Origin: Candidatus Kaiserbacteria bacterium RIFCSPHIGHO2_01_FULL_54_36
GTDB taxonomy: Bacteria; Patescibacteriota; Minisyncoccia; Phycocordibacterales; UBA2100
DNA length: 64,000 bases
Reading direction: 5' to 3'
NCBI GenBank assembly: GCA_001781105.1
Contig: MFKV01000006.1
Location: 9,032-73,031 of the forward strand
How positions within the stretch are numbered: the stretch's first letter is position 1; each line of letters begins with the position of its first letter. Positions 49,088-58,252 of this stretch are shown here, in pieces. The notes under the pieces were generated by a model. It saw nothing but the letters and a program-made list of their open reading frames with translations. It was not told where the DNA came from and searched no databases. A program made the translations under genes and the position numbers.

Positions 49088-49183
49088 CCCGCCATGCTAC
49101 TCCTTCATGAATGGTTCCACAAATCGAACGGCCGGGCTCCCAGAGGGTAGGCCCGGCCGGTGGTTCGCGTTGGCGAGATCGCT

Positions 49184-49459
49184 CTACCAGTTGGCATAGG
49201 CGGTTTCGCGGCGCACGGGCTCGTAGTTGTAGGTGCCAACGGTCACCACGCGCCGTGGGACCCCCATGTTTTCCGTGATCTGGCAGCAGTGGGTCTCGAA
49301 CTGCTGGACGGTCATACCGAGCTTTGCGGCCTCGGCAGCCTTCCAATCGTTGTTGGCGCGTTGGCGTGCCCGCTTGCGCGGAGCGCTAAGCGCTTGGCCG
49401 CGGGTAGCCTTCGACATTGAGTGTTGTCTCGGAGCCTTCAAGCTAGTGTGCAACGACAT
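49184..49459 (-). CDS. Cassette 3: 91-aa basic hypothetical protein
   Basis: GGGAG SD 7 nt before ATG; ends before the repeat hairpin. Confidence 0.6.
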   Translation of the reverse strand: MSLHTSLKAPRQHSMSKATRGQALSAPRKRARQRANNDWKAAEAAKLGMTVQQFETHCCQITENMGVPRRVVTVGTYNYEPVRRETAYANW

Positions 49460-49598
49460 TGGTTGTCTCCCGGGTGCTCGGACAATGCTAGATTGCCGGA
49501 CAGCCATCCTATACTTTCATTTAACATTTGTCCAAATGAAGCGGCCGTACCATCCTCCAGGTGGTACGGCCGAAATGAGCGCGGGAAGAGCACGCTTT

Positions 49599-49763
49599 TC
49601 ACAGCGGGAACTTCCCGCGTGGCGGCTCCGCGAGTTGCCGGCGGGTGTGGGCAGTGCGGCCCTTTTTCAACGCGGCACGTGTACGAACGTTCGGCTTCTT
49701 GAAGTATGGGTGCCCATCGGACCTTCCATTGCCCGAGTTGGCCCCACTGCTGGCTCTTTTCAT
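49599..49763 (-). CDS. Cassette 2: 54-aa basic peptide
   Basis: ORF bounded by two repeat motifs; alternative frame 49438-49788 possible. Confidence 0.45.
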   Translation of the reverse strand: MKRASSGANSGNGRSDGHPYFKKPNVRTRAALKKGRTAHTRRQLAEPPRGKFPL

Positions 49764-49885
49764 GGCTCGTTCCCGTTGTTTGAGACATTCCGAATCACGC
49801 AGGACTGTTTGCATCCTAGCTCCTCGCACAGGTTTGTCCAAATCGAACGGCCGGGCGAGAAGGCCCGGCCGGTCACGATCGCCTG

Positions 49886-50287
49886 CTACTGACGGCGATG
49901 CACCTTCACTGTTGTGCCCGCGGTTTGCCGCTTATTCACACGGGTGATGGTGATGCCCCCGTCGTCGGTGTCGTCGATCCAGTGGACTGTCCCCTCTGGG
50001 TCGTAGGTGTTGTCTTGCGAAGAACCAGTGAGAAGGAATTCGTAGGCCCATGCATTCCCGTCGACCGTTCCCAGATCAACGAAAAAGCGATTGCCTGAGT
50101 ACGTCCCCAAGGTCCACGGACCCTTGCTTGTCATCAAGCCTTCGCAGAGCTTGTGTTTGAATTCGACGAGGGCATCCCTCTTCTCCGGGTTTGGGAATTG
50201 GGCCGCGACTCGCTCAATGACGAACGCTTGCTCGCCAGTCAGCCTCTTACCTCGCCAGTCGATAACAAGGCTTCCAAAGTTTGCCAC
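49886..50287 (-). CDS. Cassette 1: 133-aa hypothetical protein
   Basis: AGGAGG SD, GTG start. Confidence 0.7.
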   Translation of the reverse strand: MANFGSLVIDWRGKRLTGEQAFVIERVAAQFPNPEKRDALVEFKHKLCEGLMTSKGPWTLGTYSGNRFFVDLGTVDGNAWAYEFLLTGSSQDNTYDPEGTVHWIDDTDDGGITITRVNKRQTAGTTVKVHRRQ

Positions 50288-50407
50288 CTCTTCCTCCTGC
50301 TTTGAAAAAACGAACTGAAGACCAGGGCGCCATCCTAGCCCCTCGCACAGGTTTGTCCAAATCGTCCCCCCTCTATATTCTAATTCGCGCGAATAAGCAC
50401 ATTAAGC

Positions 50408-50650
50408 TTATTCGGGCTTTTGTGAAGCGACTGAGAGTATTTTGGAGGGCGAGTGGTGCCCTTTGACGATCCTAACCGCTGAAACGGGTACGCCAAGCTG
50501 CGCTGCGATGAGGGCAACAACGCGGGCATTGGCGAGATTATTCTCTGGCTTCTCGCGCACCGAGAGCTCGAAGTGAGTATCGGATATTTTGTGCACCTTC
50601 TCATTCTTCACCCCCGTCTGCACACGAACTTTGATGTGCACGGATCTCAT
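50408..50650 (-). CDS. DUF167/YggU-family protein
   Basis: V.E.P..N.AN..V..L.A..LGVP.S.VRIV.GH.S..K. Confidence 0.9.
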   Translation of the reverse strand: MRSVHIKVRVQTGVKNEKVHKISDTHFELSVREKPENNLANARVVALIAAQLGVPVSAVRIVKGHHSPSKILSVASQKPE

Positions 50651-50656
50651 CTGCGC

Positions 50657-50664
50657 AGTATACT
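50657..50664. promoter_or_regulatory. Palindromic -10 box shared by two divergent genes
   Basis: AGTATACT gives TATACT 6 nt before ATG on each strand. Confidence 0.6.
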
Positions 50665-50670
50665 CGCCCA

Positions 50671-51513
50671 ATGGCACGGACGCGAAACAAAAAGAAAAAG
50701 CCGGCGCTTCCCATCAAACATTGGAGCCACTCGTCGCTCATGGCATTTCTGCGCAATCCGCTTGCCTGGTACAAGCGCTACGTGGAGCAAGTGTACGATA
50801 CCCCTTCTTCGCCCGCTGGGATCGTTGGCCGCACAGCGCACGTGGCGCTTCAGCACTTCTACGGAGGAATAGGGAAGGAGGGTGCGATCGCGCTTGGTCT
50901 CGAGCACCTGCGCAACGTGCCGGATTTTGAGATCAATTTTGGCAAGGCCCGCTCACGCGCCGCACAAAAGAAAAAGCGCGCAGCGATGGAGCGGGAGTAC
51001 CTACAGGCCATTTCTTTCTACCTTACGCGGCCGCCAAGGCACAAAGTGCTCGGGGTTGAGGTGATAGCGATGGCGAAGGTGAAAGGGCTTTCGCTTCCAG
51101 TCAAAGCAGTTTCTGACCTCGTAGTTGTTTCTGCGATGGATAAGAACGCCGTAGACATCGTTGACCACAAATTCGTCGAGAATTTCAGCATGGGACGCGC
51201 CAACAAAACACTTTTCCTCGTGCAGGCCATATTCAACTACTACACCGTCAGAGAAAAGTACGGCAGGGAAGTTCGCAGATTTATCGTCTATGAATGCCGC
51301 AAGCGGCGCAACGCCGACGGCTCCGCACAGATGCGGAAATACGTTATTGATTTCGAAAAGCACAAAGGGGAATTCACCCTTTTCCATCGTCTTGTGAATG
51401 ACGCGACCGCCGAGATCTCCCGCAAGCGCCTGTATCTCCCCAATCCCTCAGACATGTTCGAGGGCGAAAATTCGTTCGATATCTACCGCCTCGGGCTCGT
51501 GGATGAGTCGTAG
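50671..51513 (+). CDS. PD-(D/E)XK nuclease superfamily protein (AddB/RecB-like)
   Basis: WSHSSL..F..NP..W...Y, G...H.AL..F, VE, DLVV, IVDHK. Confidence 0.8.
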   Translation: MARTRNKKKKPALPIKHWSHSSLMAFLRNPLAWYKRYVEQVYDTPSSPAGIVGRTAHVALQHFYGGIGKEGAIALGLEHLRNVPDFEINFGKARSRAAQKKKRAAMEREYLQAISFYLTRPPRHKVLGVEVIAMAKVKGLSLPVKAVSDLVVVSAMDKNAVDIVDHKFVENFSMGRANKTLFLVQAIFNYYTVREKYGREVRRFIVYECRKRRNADGSAQMRKYVIDFEKHKGEFTLFHRLVNDATAEISRKRLYLPNPSDMFEGENSFDIYRLGLVDES

Positions 51514-51581
51514 ATGAAGGTTGGTATTGCGCGCTTTCTTGCAGAAGCTAAAATGCCGGGACAACATTTCGGAGGTGTCGA

Positions 51582-51755
51582 ATGTTGGGAACCCTGAAGT
51601 TCTTCTGGGAGTTGGGAATGCTGCTGATCGTCGTCTTCGTGGCGCCGGTGGTGGGACTGCTGTGGCCCATCGGTATGCTAGCGTGGGCGGGCGTCAGTGC
51701 CATCATTTCGCCTTTCAGCAAGTCCCACCCTGCCAAATCCTATCCGCCGATGTAG
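51582..51755 (+). CDS. 57-aa hydrophobic small protein (not in the ORF track)
   Basis: GGAGGT SD; MLGTLKFFWELGMLLIVVFVAPVVGLLWPIGMLAWAGVSAII... Confidence 0.65.
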   Translation: MLGTLKFFWELGMLLIVVFVAPVVGLLWPIGMLAWAGVSAIISPFSKSHPAKSYPPM

Positions 51756-51768
51756 AGTCGGCGGAAAG

Positions 51769-51800
51769 AAAAAGCGCCCCGCCGCGGCGGGGCGCTTTCA
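51769..51800. terminator. Bidirectional terminator
   Basis: aaagcgccccgccgcggcggggcgcttt. Confidence 0.8.
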
Positions 51801-51802
51801 TC

Positions 51803-52294
51803 TTATCTGCTTCTCACCTTGAGTTTCGTTTGTCTCTTTTTATTAATTTTGGGCAAGCGGATCATGAGAATGCCGTGCTTCTCGGAGGCCTCGGCGATAT
51901 CTACGTCGACTTCTTCCGGGAGAAGGATGGTGCGGGAGAATGAGCCCCAGTACAACTCGCGCTGGAAATAGTTGTCTTCTTCTACTTCGCGCTCGTCTTC
52001 GCGCTGGCCTGAGATGGTGAGCATCTCTCGGGTGAGGGAAATGTCTATCGAGGTCGGCTGCACGCCGGCGACGAGCGCTTTGACGACGATCGCATCCGGT
52101 GTCTGATAAATATCCACTGCTAGTTCACCTTGCGGCTCCTCGGCCGCCCAGTTCTCGTCTCTCGTATTGATGTGCGCATGGCGCTCGGGGCCTTCGCCTT
52201 CGAATACTGCCGGTATGCCGGTATCGTCGAAATCGTAGTCGTTGCCTCCGCCCGTGAGGCGGGAGAAAAAGCCAGGTTTCTTCAGAAGCGCCAT
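51803..52294 (-). CDS. Hsp20/alpha-crystallin small heat-shock protein
   Basis: VDIYQT, LTISG.R, E.YWGSFSRTI.LP, G.L.I.LPK. Confidence 0.93.
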   Translation of the reverse strand: MALLKKPGFFSRLTGGGNDYDFDDTGIPAVFEGEGPERHAHINTRDENWAAEEPQGELAVDIYQTPDAIVVKALVAGVQPTSIDISLTREMLTISGQREDEREVEEDNYFQRELYWGSFSRTILLPEEVDVDIAEASEKHGILMIRLPKINKKRQTKLKVRSR

Positions 52295-53025
52295 AGTTTT
52301 TGTTTGACGACGGGGTGTATCCGTTTGATATATTCTAACACGGCTAGGAGGGCGATAAGGCCAATCCAGACGAGCCCGAATGTGCGCATCAAATGGCTCT
52401 CGGGTGTATTCAGTATAAGGAAGTTGAAAGTGCTGTGCAAAAGGGATGCGAGGATAACTCCCATGAGCACATACCAGCGCTTCGCGGAGCGTGACTTGTA
52501 GAAAGAAAGCGCCAAAAAGACGCCTATTACGGCCGATGACAGCACATGCAAGAGGGTAGCACCCACGAAACGCAGATTGCCCGTGAGGATGGTTTGAAGT
52601 ACCGTATTGCCGGAGAGGGGCGAGAGGAGAAACAGCGTGTTTTCCGCCGCCGCGAAGCCGAGCGCGACCGTTACCATATAGATGACAGGATCGATAGGCT
52701 CGTCGTCTTCGCGGCGGCGCAAGACCGTGAGCTTCGCCATAACGAACTTGACGATCTCCTCGAGTGCAGACCAGACGATGAAGGTGAGGGTGGTGACACC
52801 GAGCGCGGCTGGGATCCACAGACTTTGATCTGAAATGAGTGTCTGCGCCATTTTCTCCAGTGGTATCACGATGCCGACGGCCACCATGCCCGCGAGGAAG
52901 GCGAGCGCTATCAAACGCCGTGGCTCTGGATGCACGCTATCCTCTCGGCGCCAAAACCACAGCCACGCAAGCGCGGGCAAAATCCCGCCTGCCATTGCCG
53001 CGATTATCGGCTCGAATTCACCCAT
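52282..53025 (-). CDS. prsW: PrsW-family intramembrane metalloprotease
   Basis: HPEP, EE..K, ALGFA..EN, H...S, H..FN. Confidence 0.9.
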   Translation of the reverse strand: MGEFEPIIAAMAGGILPALAWLWFWRREDSVHPEPRRLIALAFLAGMVAVGIVIPLEKMAQTLISDQSLWIPAALGVTTLTFIVWSALEEIVKFVMAKLTVLRRREDDEPIDPVIYMVTVALGFAAAENTLFLLSPLSGNTVLQTILTGNLRFVGATLLHVLSSAVIGVFLALSFYKSRSAKRWYVLMGVILASLLHSTFNFLILNTPESHLMRTFGLVWIGLIALLAVLEYIKRIHPVVKQKLWRF

Positions 53026-53032
53026 CTGTCTA

Positions 53033-55156
53033 TTATACCGGCCATTTGGCGACCATCAGGAGATCATTCTCCTTTTTTGGTAATTGCTGCCAGATCGCTT
53101 CGGTGACGAAGGGCATGAAGGGGTGGAGGAGTTTTAAAGACGTATTCAGTATTCCGTATAACGTATTCCGCCGCGAAGTTGCTGTAGCAGCGTCAGAACC
53201 TTTGAGAATGTCTTTAGATTCTTCGAGTATTTTTGCGGCAAAGCGATCCCACACGTAATGATAGAGTTTCTCGGCGGCGAGATACACGCGGTAGTTCTCC
53301 ATGTCCGCTGTTACTTCTTTTTCAAGTGCGTGCAACTCGTCCAAAAGCTTCTGATCAGTTTCGGTCACCGGAGCATCTTGTTCGCCATCGGTATTCTCAA
53401 GCACGAATCGGGCGATGTTCCAGAGTTTGTTGGAGAAGAGCTTGTAGCCTTTGATCTTTGGTTCCGCGAGTGATATATCCATGCCCGGCGTATTGCCTAC
53501 GAGCAGCGCCATGCGCAGCGCATCGGTGCCGTATATCTCCGTCATCTCAAGAGGATTGATGACATTGCCCTTGCTCTTACTTATCTTTATTTTCTGCGCG
53601 TCGCGCACAAGGCCATGTAGGTACACGTCACGGAAAGGGACTTCGCCTGTGCGGTAGAGCCCGAGCATGATCATGCGCATGACCCAAAAGAAAAGGATAT
53701 CGTACCCGGTTTCCATGACCGATGTCGGATAATAGGTCTTGAAATCCTTACCATCAGGATACCCAAGCGTGGCGTATGGCCACTGGCCCGAGGAAAACCA
53801 CGTATCGAACGTGTCGGGGTCCTGCTGCCAGTCCTCGCCTGACGGCTTTTCTCCAATCGCTATCTCTCCGTCCTTAAACCAGGCCGGGATTGGAATGCCC
53901 CACACGATCTGTCTCGATATGTTCCAGTCCCGTAAATTCTCGAGCCAGTGAAAGAATATCTTCTTTTGGAATTCGGGAAATATTCGTATCTTCCCATTCT
54001 CGACTGCTTCCCGAGCTCTCTCTGCGAGCGGCGCCATTTTGATGAACCATTGCGACATGATACGCGGTTCGAGGATATCGTTCTCGTTCTTGTAGTTGAC
54101 CAAGATGTTGTGGACGTAGGTCTCGTCCACTTTTTCCAATAGCCCTTTTTCCTCCAGATCCTTCGCCACAGCCGCGCGCGCCTCCAGTATCTTCATCCCC
54201 GCGTATTTGCCGCACTTCTCATTGAGCTTACCGAACCGATCAATGACCTCGACGGCCGGAAGTCCGTGCCGCTGTGCGACCTCGAAGTCGTTGGGGTCGT
54301 GCGCGGGCGTGATCTTCACTACCCCGGTGCCGAATGTCATATCCACGTACTCGTCTGCGACAACCTTGAGCTTTACCGGGCCGATCAGCCCGTCGAACTC
54401 GACTTCTTTTCCAACCCATTCTTTATAACGATCGTCGTTGGGGTTTACCGCGATCGCTGTATCACCGAACTTAGTCTCTGGGCGGACGGTGGCAAGTACA
54501 AACGGGCCGTACTTCATATAGTAGAGCGGATCCTTGCGCTCGACCGTTTTCGTCTCCAGATCGGAAAGGGAAGTCTGATACTTGGTGCTCCAATTGACCG
54601 GCCGCTCGCCACGATAGACGAGACTGTCGTCATACAACTTCTTGAAGGTCGCGTACACGGTCGTGACGATGTCCGGATCGAGTGTGAATTTCTCGCGGCT
54701 CCAATCGCACGAAGCCCCGAGCTGGCGCAACTGCCCTTCCATGAATTTCTTATTCTCTAGCGTAAAAGCGAGTGTCTCTTTATAAAATTCTTCTCGCTCC
54801 ATCTTGAAGCGAGACCGCCCCTCTTTCTCCAGCTTCTTTTCATATACGAGCTGTGTCTCGAATCCCGCGTGATCCGCGCCCGGCAGCCAGAGCGTTTTAA
54901 ACCCTCGCATGCGTTTGTAGCGGATCAGGAGGTCTTGGAGGGTGACGAAGAGGGCATGGCCCACATGCAAAGAGCCGTTGGCATTCGGCGGCGGCATAAT
55001 GATGGTATACGGCTCTTTCGCGTCTTTCAGGTTGTCAGGGTTGAAGTAGCCACTCTCCTCCCACTTCTTATATATCCCAGGCTCCATCCCTCCGGGATCG
55101 TAGGGTGTGAGGAATATTTCGGGCGCTCCTGACCGGACAGGTTTTAACGGCTCCAT
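53033..55156 (-). CDS. valS: Valine-tRNA ligase (no C-terminal coiled coil)
   Basis: PPPNANGSLHVGHA, DWNISRQ..WG, DTWFSS, KISKSKGN. Confidence 0.97.
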   Translation of the reverse strand: MEPLKPVRSGAPEIFLTPYDPGGMEPGIYKKWEESGYFNPDNLKDAKEPYTIIMPPPNANGSLHVGHALFVTLQDLLIRYKRMRGFKTLWLPGADHAGFETQLVYEKKLEKEGRSRFKMEREEFYKETLAFTLENKKFMEGQLRQLGASCDWSREKFTLDPDIVTTVYATFKKLYDDSLVYRGERPVNWSTKYQTSLSDLETKTVERKDPLYYMKYGPFVLATVRPETKFGDTAIAVNPNDDRYKEWVGKEVEFDGLIGPVKLKVVADEYVDMTFGTGVVKITPAHDPNDFEVAQRHGLPAVEVIDRFGKLNEKCGKYAGMKILEARAAVAKDLEEKGLLEKVDETYVHNILVNYKNENDILEPRIMSQWFIKMAPLAERAREAVENGKIRIFPEFQKKIFFHWLENLRDWNISRQIVWGIPIPAWFKDGEIAIGEKPSGEDWQQDPDTFDTWFSSGQWPYATLGYPDGKDFKTYYPTSVMETGYDILFFWVMRMIMLGLYRTGEVPFRDVYLHGLVRDAQKIKISKSKGNVINPLEMTEIYGTDALRMALLVGNTPGMDISLAEPKIKGYKLFSNKLWNIARFVLENTDGEQDAPVTETDQKLLDELHALEKEVTADMENYRVYLAAEKLYHYVWDRFAAKILEESKDILKGSDAATATSRRNTLYGILNTSLKLLHPFMPFVTEAIWQQLPKKENDLLMVAKWPV

Positions 55157-55175
55157 TGCGACACTTTAGCACGAG

Positions 55176-56363
55176 TTACGCTAGTTTCAGATTGCCCACA
55201 GCGTTCAAATTTTCGGGCTCTACGAACTCTTTATGAAGGGCGCGAAAGTAGCCGCTCAAGGCGATCATGAGAGCATTGTCGGTGGCAAACTCCACAGGGG
55301 GAGTTAACAGTTTACAGTCTACAGTTGACAGCTCAGCATCAAGGCGGCGGCGGATCTCGGCATTAGCCGAGACGCCGCCGCCTACTACGACTATTTGCGC
55401 GCCATACTCATCCACCGCGCGCATAGTCTTTGCAATGAGCACGTCTGCCACGGCATCCTCAAATTCCCGAGCGATCTCGTGTTTGAGTTGGTCCGTAATT
55501 TCATTCGATTCAACGATCCTTCGCACTGCCGTTTTCAATCCCGAAAACGAGAAATCGAAGTTGTCCTCGTGCATCATTGGCCGCGGCAGTGAAATCCGAT
55601 GAGGTGACACCTCATCGGATTTGCGAGCGGCCTCGGCGAAGCGTGAGATCTCCGGCCCACCTGGATATCCGAGCTCGAGGAGCCGCGCGACCTTATCGAA
55701 TGCTTCACCGGCAGCGTCGTCGCGCGTTTGCCCTACAAGCTCGTATTTTCCAAACTCGCGCGAAAGGACGAGTTCCGTGTGGCCACCGGAAATAAGGAGC
55801 GCCAGCAGGGGAAACTCTAAGTCCGACATCCTAACATTTTGCAAAACCTTTGAATGTTGCATGAGGGACATGATGACATGCCCCTCCATATGATTGACGC
55901 CAACAATAGGCACGTCCCAGACAGCGCTGAGTGCTTTTGCAAAATTCACGCCGACCCAAAGGCATGGCTCGAGCCCTGGGCCATGAGTCACCGCAATTAC
56001 ATCAATATCGGGCTTTTCGTGCGTTTGTAAAAAAGGCACGAGTTGCTGCAAAAGTTCGGGCTCTCGTTCTAATACCCTCGATAGATCAGCAATGTTCGAC
56101 CTCGTAGGTCGAACATTGGATGCTCCGGCCTCGTCCAAACACTTACTAAGCAAGGGGACAAGATTCTTGGCATGTTCGCGCTTGGCGAGATTGGGAAACA
56201 CTCCGCCGTATTGCGCGTGCAACGCTGCCTGGGAGGTGAGTCCTTCGCCAAGTACTCGAAACTCGAAGCTCGGCCCGCCTGCCCGGCCAGGGAAGTCTCC
56301 GCCAGCCTCAATAACACAAACGGCCGTTTCGTCGCAACTTGTTTCTATTCCCAATACTTTCAT
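55176..56363 (-). CDS. tsaD: tRNA N6-adenosine threonylcarbamoyltransferase
   Basis: LGIETSCDET, GPGL, NH.EGH, SGGHT, TRDDAAGEAFDK, FSFSGLKT, TDNA.MIA. Confidence 0.97.
   Translation of the reverse strand: MKVLGIETSCDETAVCVIEAGGDFPGRAGGPSFEFRVLGEGLTSQAALHAQYGGVFPNLAKREHAKNLVPLLSKCLDEAGASNVRPTRSNIADLSRVLEREPELLQQLVPFLQTHEKPDIDVIAVTHGPGLEPCLWVGVNFAKALSAVWDVPIVGVNHMEGHVIMSLMQHSKVLQNVRMSDLEFPLLALLISGGHTELVLSREFGKYELVGQTRDDAAGEAFDKVARLLELGYPGGPEISRFAEAARKSDEVSPHRISLPRPMMHEDNFDFSFSGLKTAVRRIVESNEITDQLKHEIAREFEDAVADVLIAKTMRAVDEYGAQIVVVGGGVSANAEIRRRLDAELSTVDCKLLTPPVEFATDNALMIALSGYFRALHKEFVEPENLNAVGNLKLA
55592..55622. repeat. Palindrome inside tsaD (KSDEVSPHRI)
   Basis: aaatccgatgaggt-gac-acctcatcggattt. 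Confidence 0.88.
56090..56118. repeat. Palindrome inside tsaD (SNVRPTRSNI)
   Basis: caatgttcgacct-cgt-aggtcgaacattg. Confidence 0.88.
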
Positions 56364-56472
56364 ACCGCGCGTTATAGCATAGCGGAGCGAGAGAAGCGAA
56401 AGCGCTTGCGTTTTCGCTTCCGAGCGAAGACATGCTATATGAAAGCTTTCATATAGCATAAAATGAACAAAT

Positions 56473-58251
56473 ATGGCTTCTATCTGGAGAGATGACTTCC
56501 CAAAGAGCACCAACCCTCTCAAATTCCTCTGGTTTGCTTCCAGGCCGCATTGGTGGTCAATAGTTGCTGCGGCGACGGCGGTGACCATTGCTGCAAGCTT
56601 GAGCGCGAGCATCTCCTACGTCTTCAAGCTTATAGCCAACGCGGCCGCAGCCCTCGCTGATGGCGGCTCGTACGACGCTCTCTTATGGGCATCAGCCACG
56701 TATATCCTTGTGACGCTTGCCGCTGAGATGACGTGGCGCCTAAGCGGGTTTGCGGCGGCGGTCTGGGCCAACAACGCTCGCGCGACAGCTCGGCACGTGC
56801 TTACCGCCTATGTGACGCTGCACAGCCGCACTTACTTTTCGGATCGCTTCGCGGGGGCGCTCTCGAGCAAGATCGGGCACGCGGCAAATGGGCTTCGAGA
56901 AATGATCGAGCAGATACTCTGGCAGTTCTTGGAATTCTCCGTCGCTGTTATTGTGAGTTTCTTCCTCGCTTTTTTCACCAACCACCTCATTGCGTACGTG
57001 TTTCTTGCCTGGGTCGTTGCGGTCATCCTTCTCAATATTTTTCTTGCGCGCAAGCGCTTGCCAATATCGAAAGAGCTACAACGGATCGAAACAAAGCTCA
57101 ACGGAAGTACCGTGGACCTGCTCTCCAATATTTCTGCCATGCAAGAATATGCACGCCGCTTTTTCGAAATAGAGCGCATCAAGACCGTGATCGAGCAGCG
57201 GCGCAGGATCGGGCTTCGCAATTGGCGCTTTGGAGAAACGACACTCACGATCAATGGGCTTGTGCAGGCGATCTTTGCGGGACTCATGATATTCCTCGCG
57301 GTGCATCTCGCAGAGAGAGGCGCAATATCAGTGGGCGACATCATCCTCGTCATCACCATCATCTTCCGGATAGAGAGCTACATGCTCTTTGTCGGGCGTA
57401 CCCTCAATTCATTTGGTGAAAAGTGGGGTGAGATCGAGGAGAGCCTTGCGGAGATCCTTCAGCCGCACGAAATTCCTGACAAGCCAGGTGCCACGGAACT
57501 GCGCGTCGCGGACGCTTCTATCGTCTTCGATCACGTGAGATTCTCATACTCTGGCCGCCCCATATTTGCCGACCTCTCGCTCGATATTACACCCGGAGAG
57601 CGCGTGGGCATCGTTGGGAAAAGCGGGGCAGGAAAAAGCACGTTTATCCGGCTCCTCCTTCACCACCACGACATTCAAGGCGGAAGGATAAAGATCGGCG
57701 GAACCGACATCGCTTCGGTGACACAGGAGAGTTTGCGTAATGCAATTTCGGTAGTTCCGCAGGAGCCGATACTTTTCCACCGCACGGTAAAGGAGAATAT
57801 CGCGTATGGCAATCCGAGCGCCTCGCAAGAAGAGATCGTGCAGGCTGCGCAGCTTGCACAGGCGCACGACTTCATCGTGCGGCTTCCCAAGCAGTATCAA
57901 TCGCTGGTAGGAGATCGCGGCATCAAACTCTCCGGCGGTGAGCGCCAGCGCGTCGCAATTGCGCGCGCCATCGTCAAGAATGCGCCCATTCTCCTTCTGG
58001 ATGAGGCCACGAGCTCGCTCGATTCGGAGAGCGAAGTTGCGATACAGAAAGCTCTGCATGAGCTCATGATCGGCAAGACCGTGATCGCTATCGCGCATCG
58101 GCTCTCGACCCTGCGCGAGATGGACCGCATCATCGTGCTCGATCAAGGTAAGATTACGGAAGAAGGCACGCACGACGAGCTCGTCGCCGGCAGTGGCATT
58201 TATGCCGAACTCTGGAAACATCAGGCTGGAGGGTTCCTCCAAGACGAATAA
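56473..58251 (+). CDS. ABC exporter, fused permease/ATPase (MdlB/MsbA-like)
   Basis: TM domain; GKSGAGKST, LSGGERQR, LLLDEATS. Confidence 0.95.
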   Translation: MASIWRDDFPKSTNPLKFLWFASRPHWWSIVAAATAVTIAASLSASISYVFKLIANAAAALADGGSYDALLWASATYILVTLAAEMTWRLSGFAAAVWANNARATARHVLTAYVTLHSRTYFSDRFAGALSSKIGHAANGLREMIEQILWQFLEFSVAVIVSFFLAFFTNHLIAYVFLAWVVAVILLNIFLARKRLPISKELQRIETKLNGSTVDLLSNISAMQEYARRFFEIERIKTVIEQRRRIGLRNWRFGETTLTINGLVQAIFAGLMIFLAVHLAERGAISVGDIILVITIIFRIESYMLFVGRTLNSFGEKWGEIEESLAEILQPHEIPDKPGATELRVADASIVFDHVRFSYSGRPIFADLSLDITPGERVGIVGKSGAGKSTFIRLLLHHHDIQGGRIKIGGTDIASVTQESLRNAISVVPQEPILFHRTVKENIAYGNPSASQEEIVQAAQLAQAHDFIVRLPKQYQSLVGDRGIKLSGGERQRVAIARAIVKNAPILLLDEATSSLDSESEVAIQKALHELMIGKTVIAIAHRLSTLREMDRIIVLDQGKITEEGTHDELVAGSGIYAELWKHQAGGFLQDE

Positions 58252-58252
58252 T

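Larger units (their letters stand above)
48203..50420 (-). other. Array of five small genes separated by a recurring hairpin+promoter motif
   Basis: (t)ttgtccaaatcgaacggccggg-type motif at 48242, 48636 (degenerate), 49116, 49527, 49832, 50351. Confidence 0.75.

Noticed and set aside
48242-50364. CRISPR array (repeats near a Cas4-like nuclease)
   Set aside because: Repeats are degenerate, spacing is about 300-520 bp and irregular, the intervals are ORFs, and no cas1/cas2 is present
56381-56428. Hairpin gaagcgaaagcgc-tt-gcgttttcgcttc between tsaD and the ABC gene as another repeat family
   Set aside because: Single copy in this window; cannot be distinguished from a local regulatory hairpin
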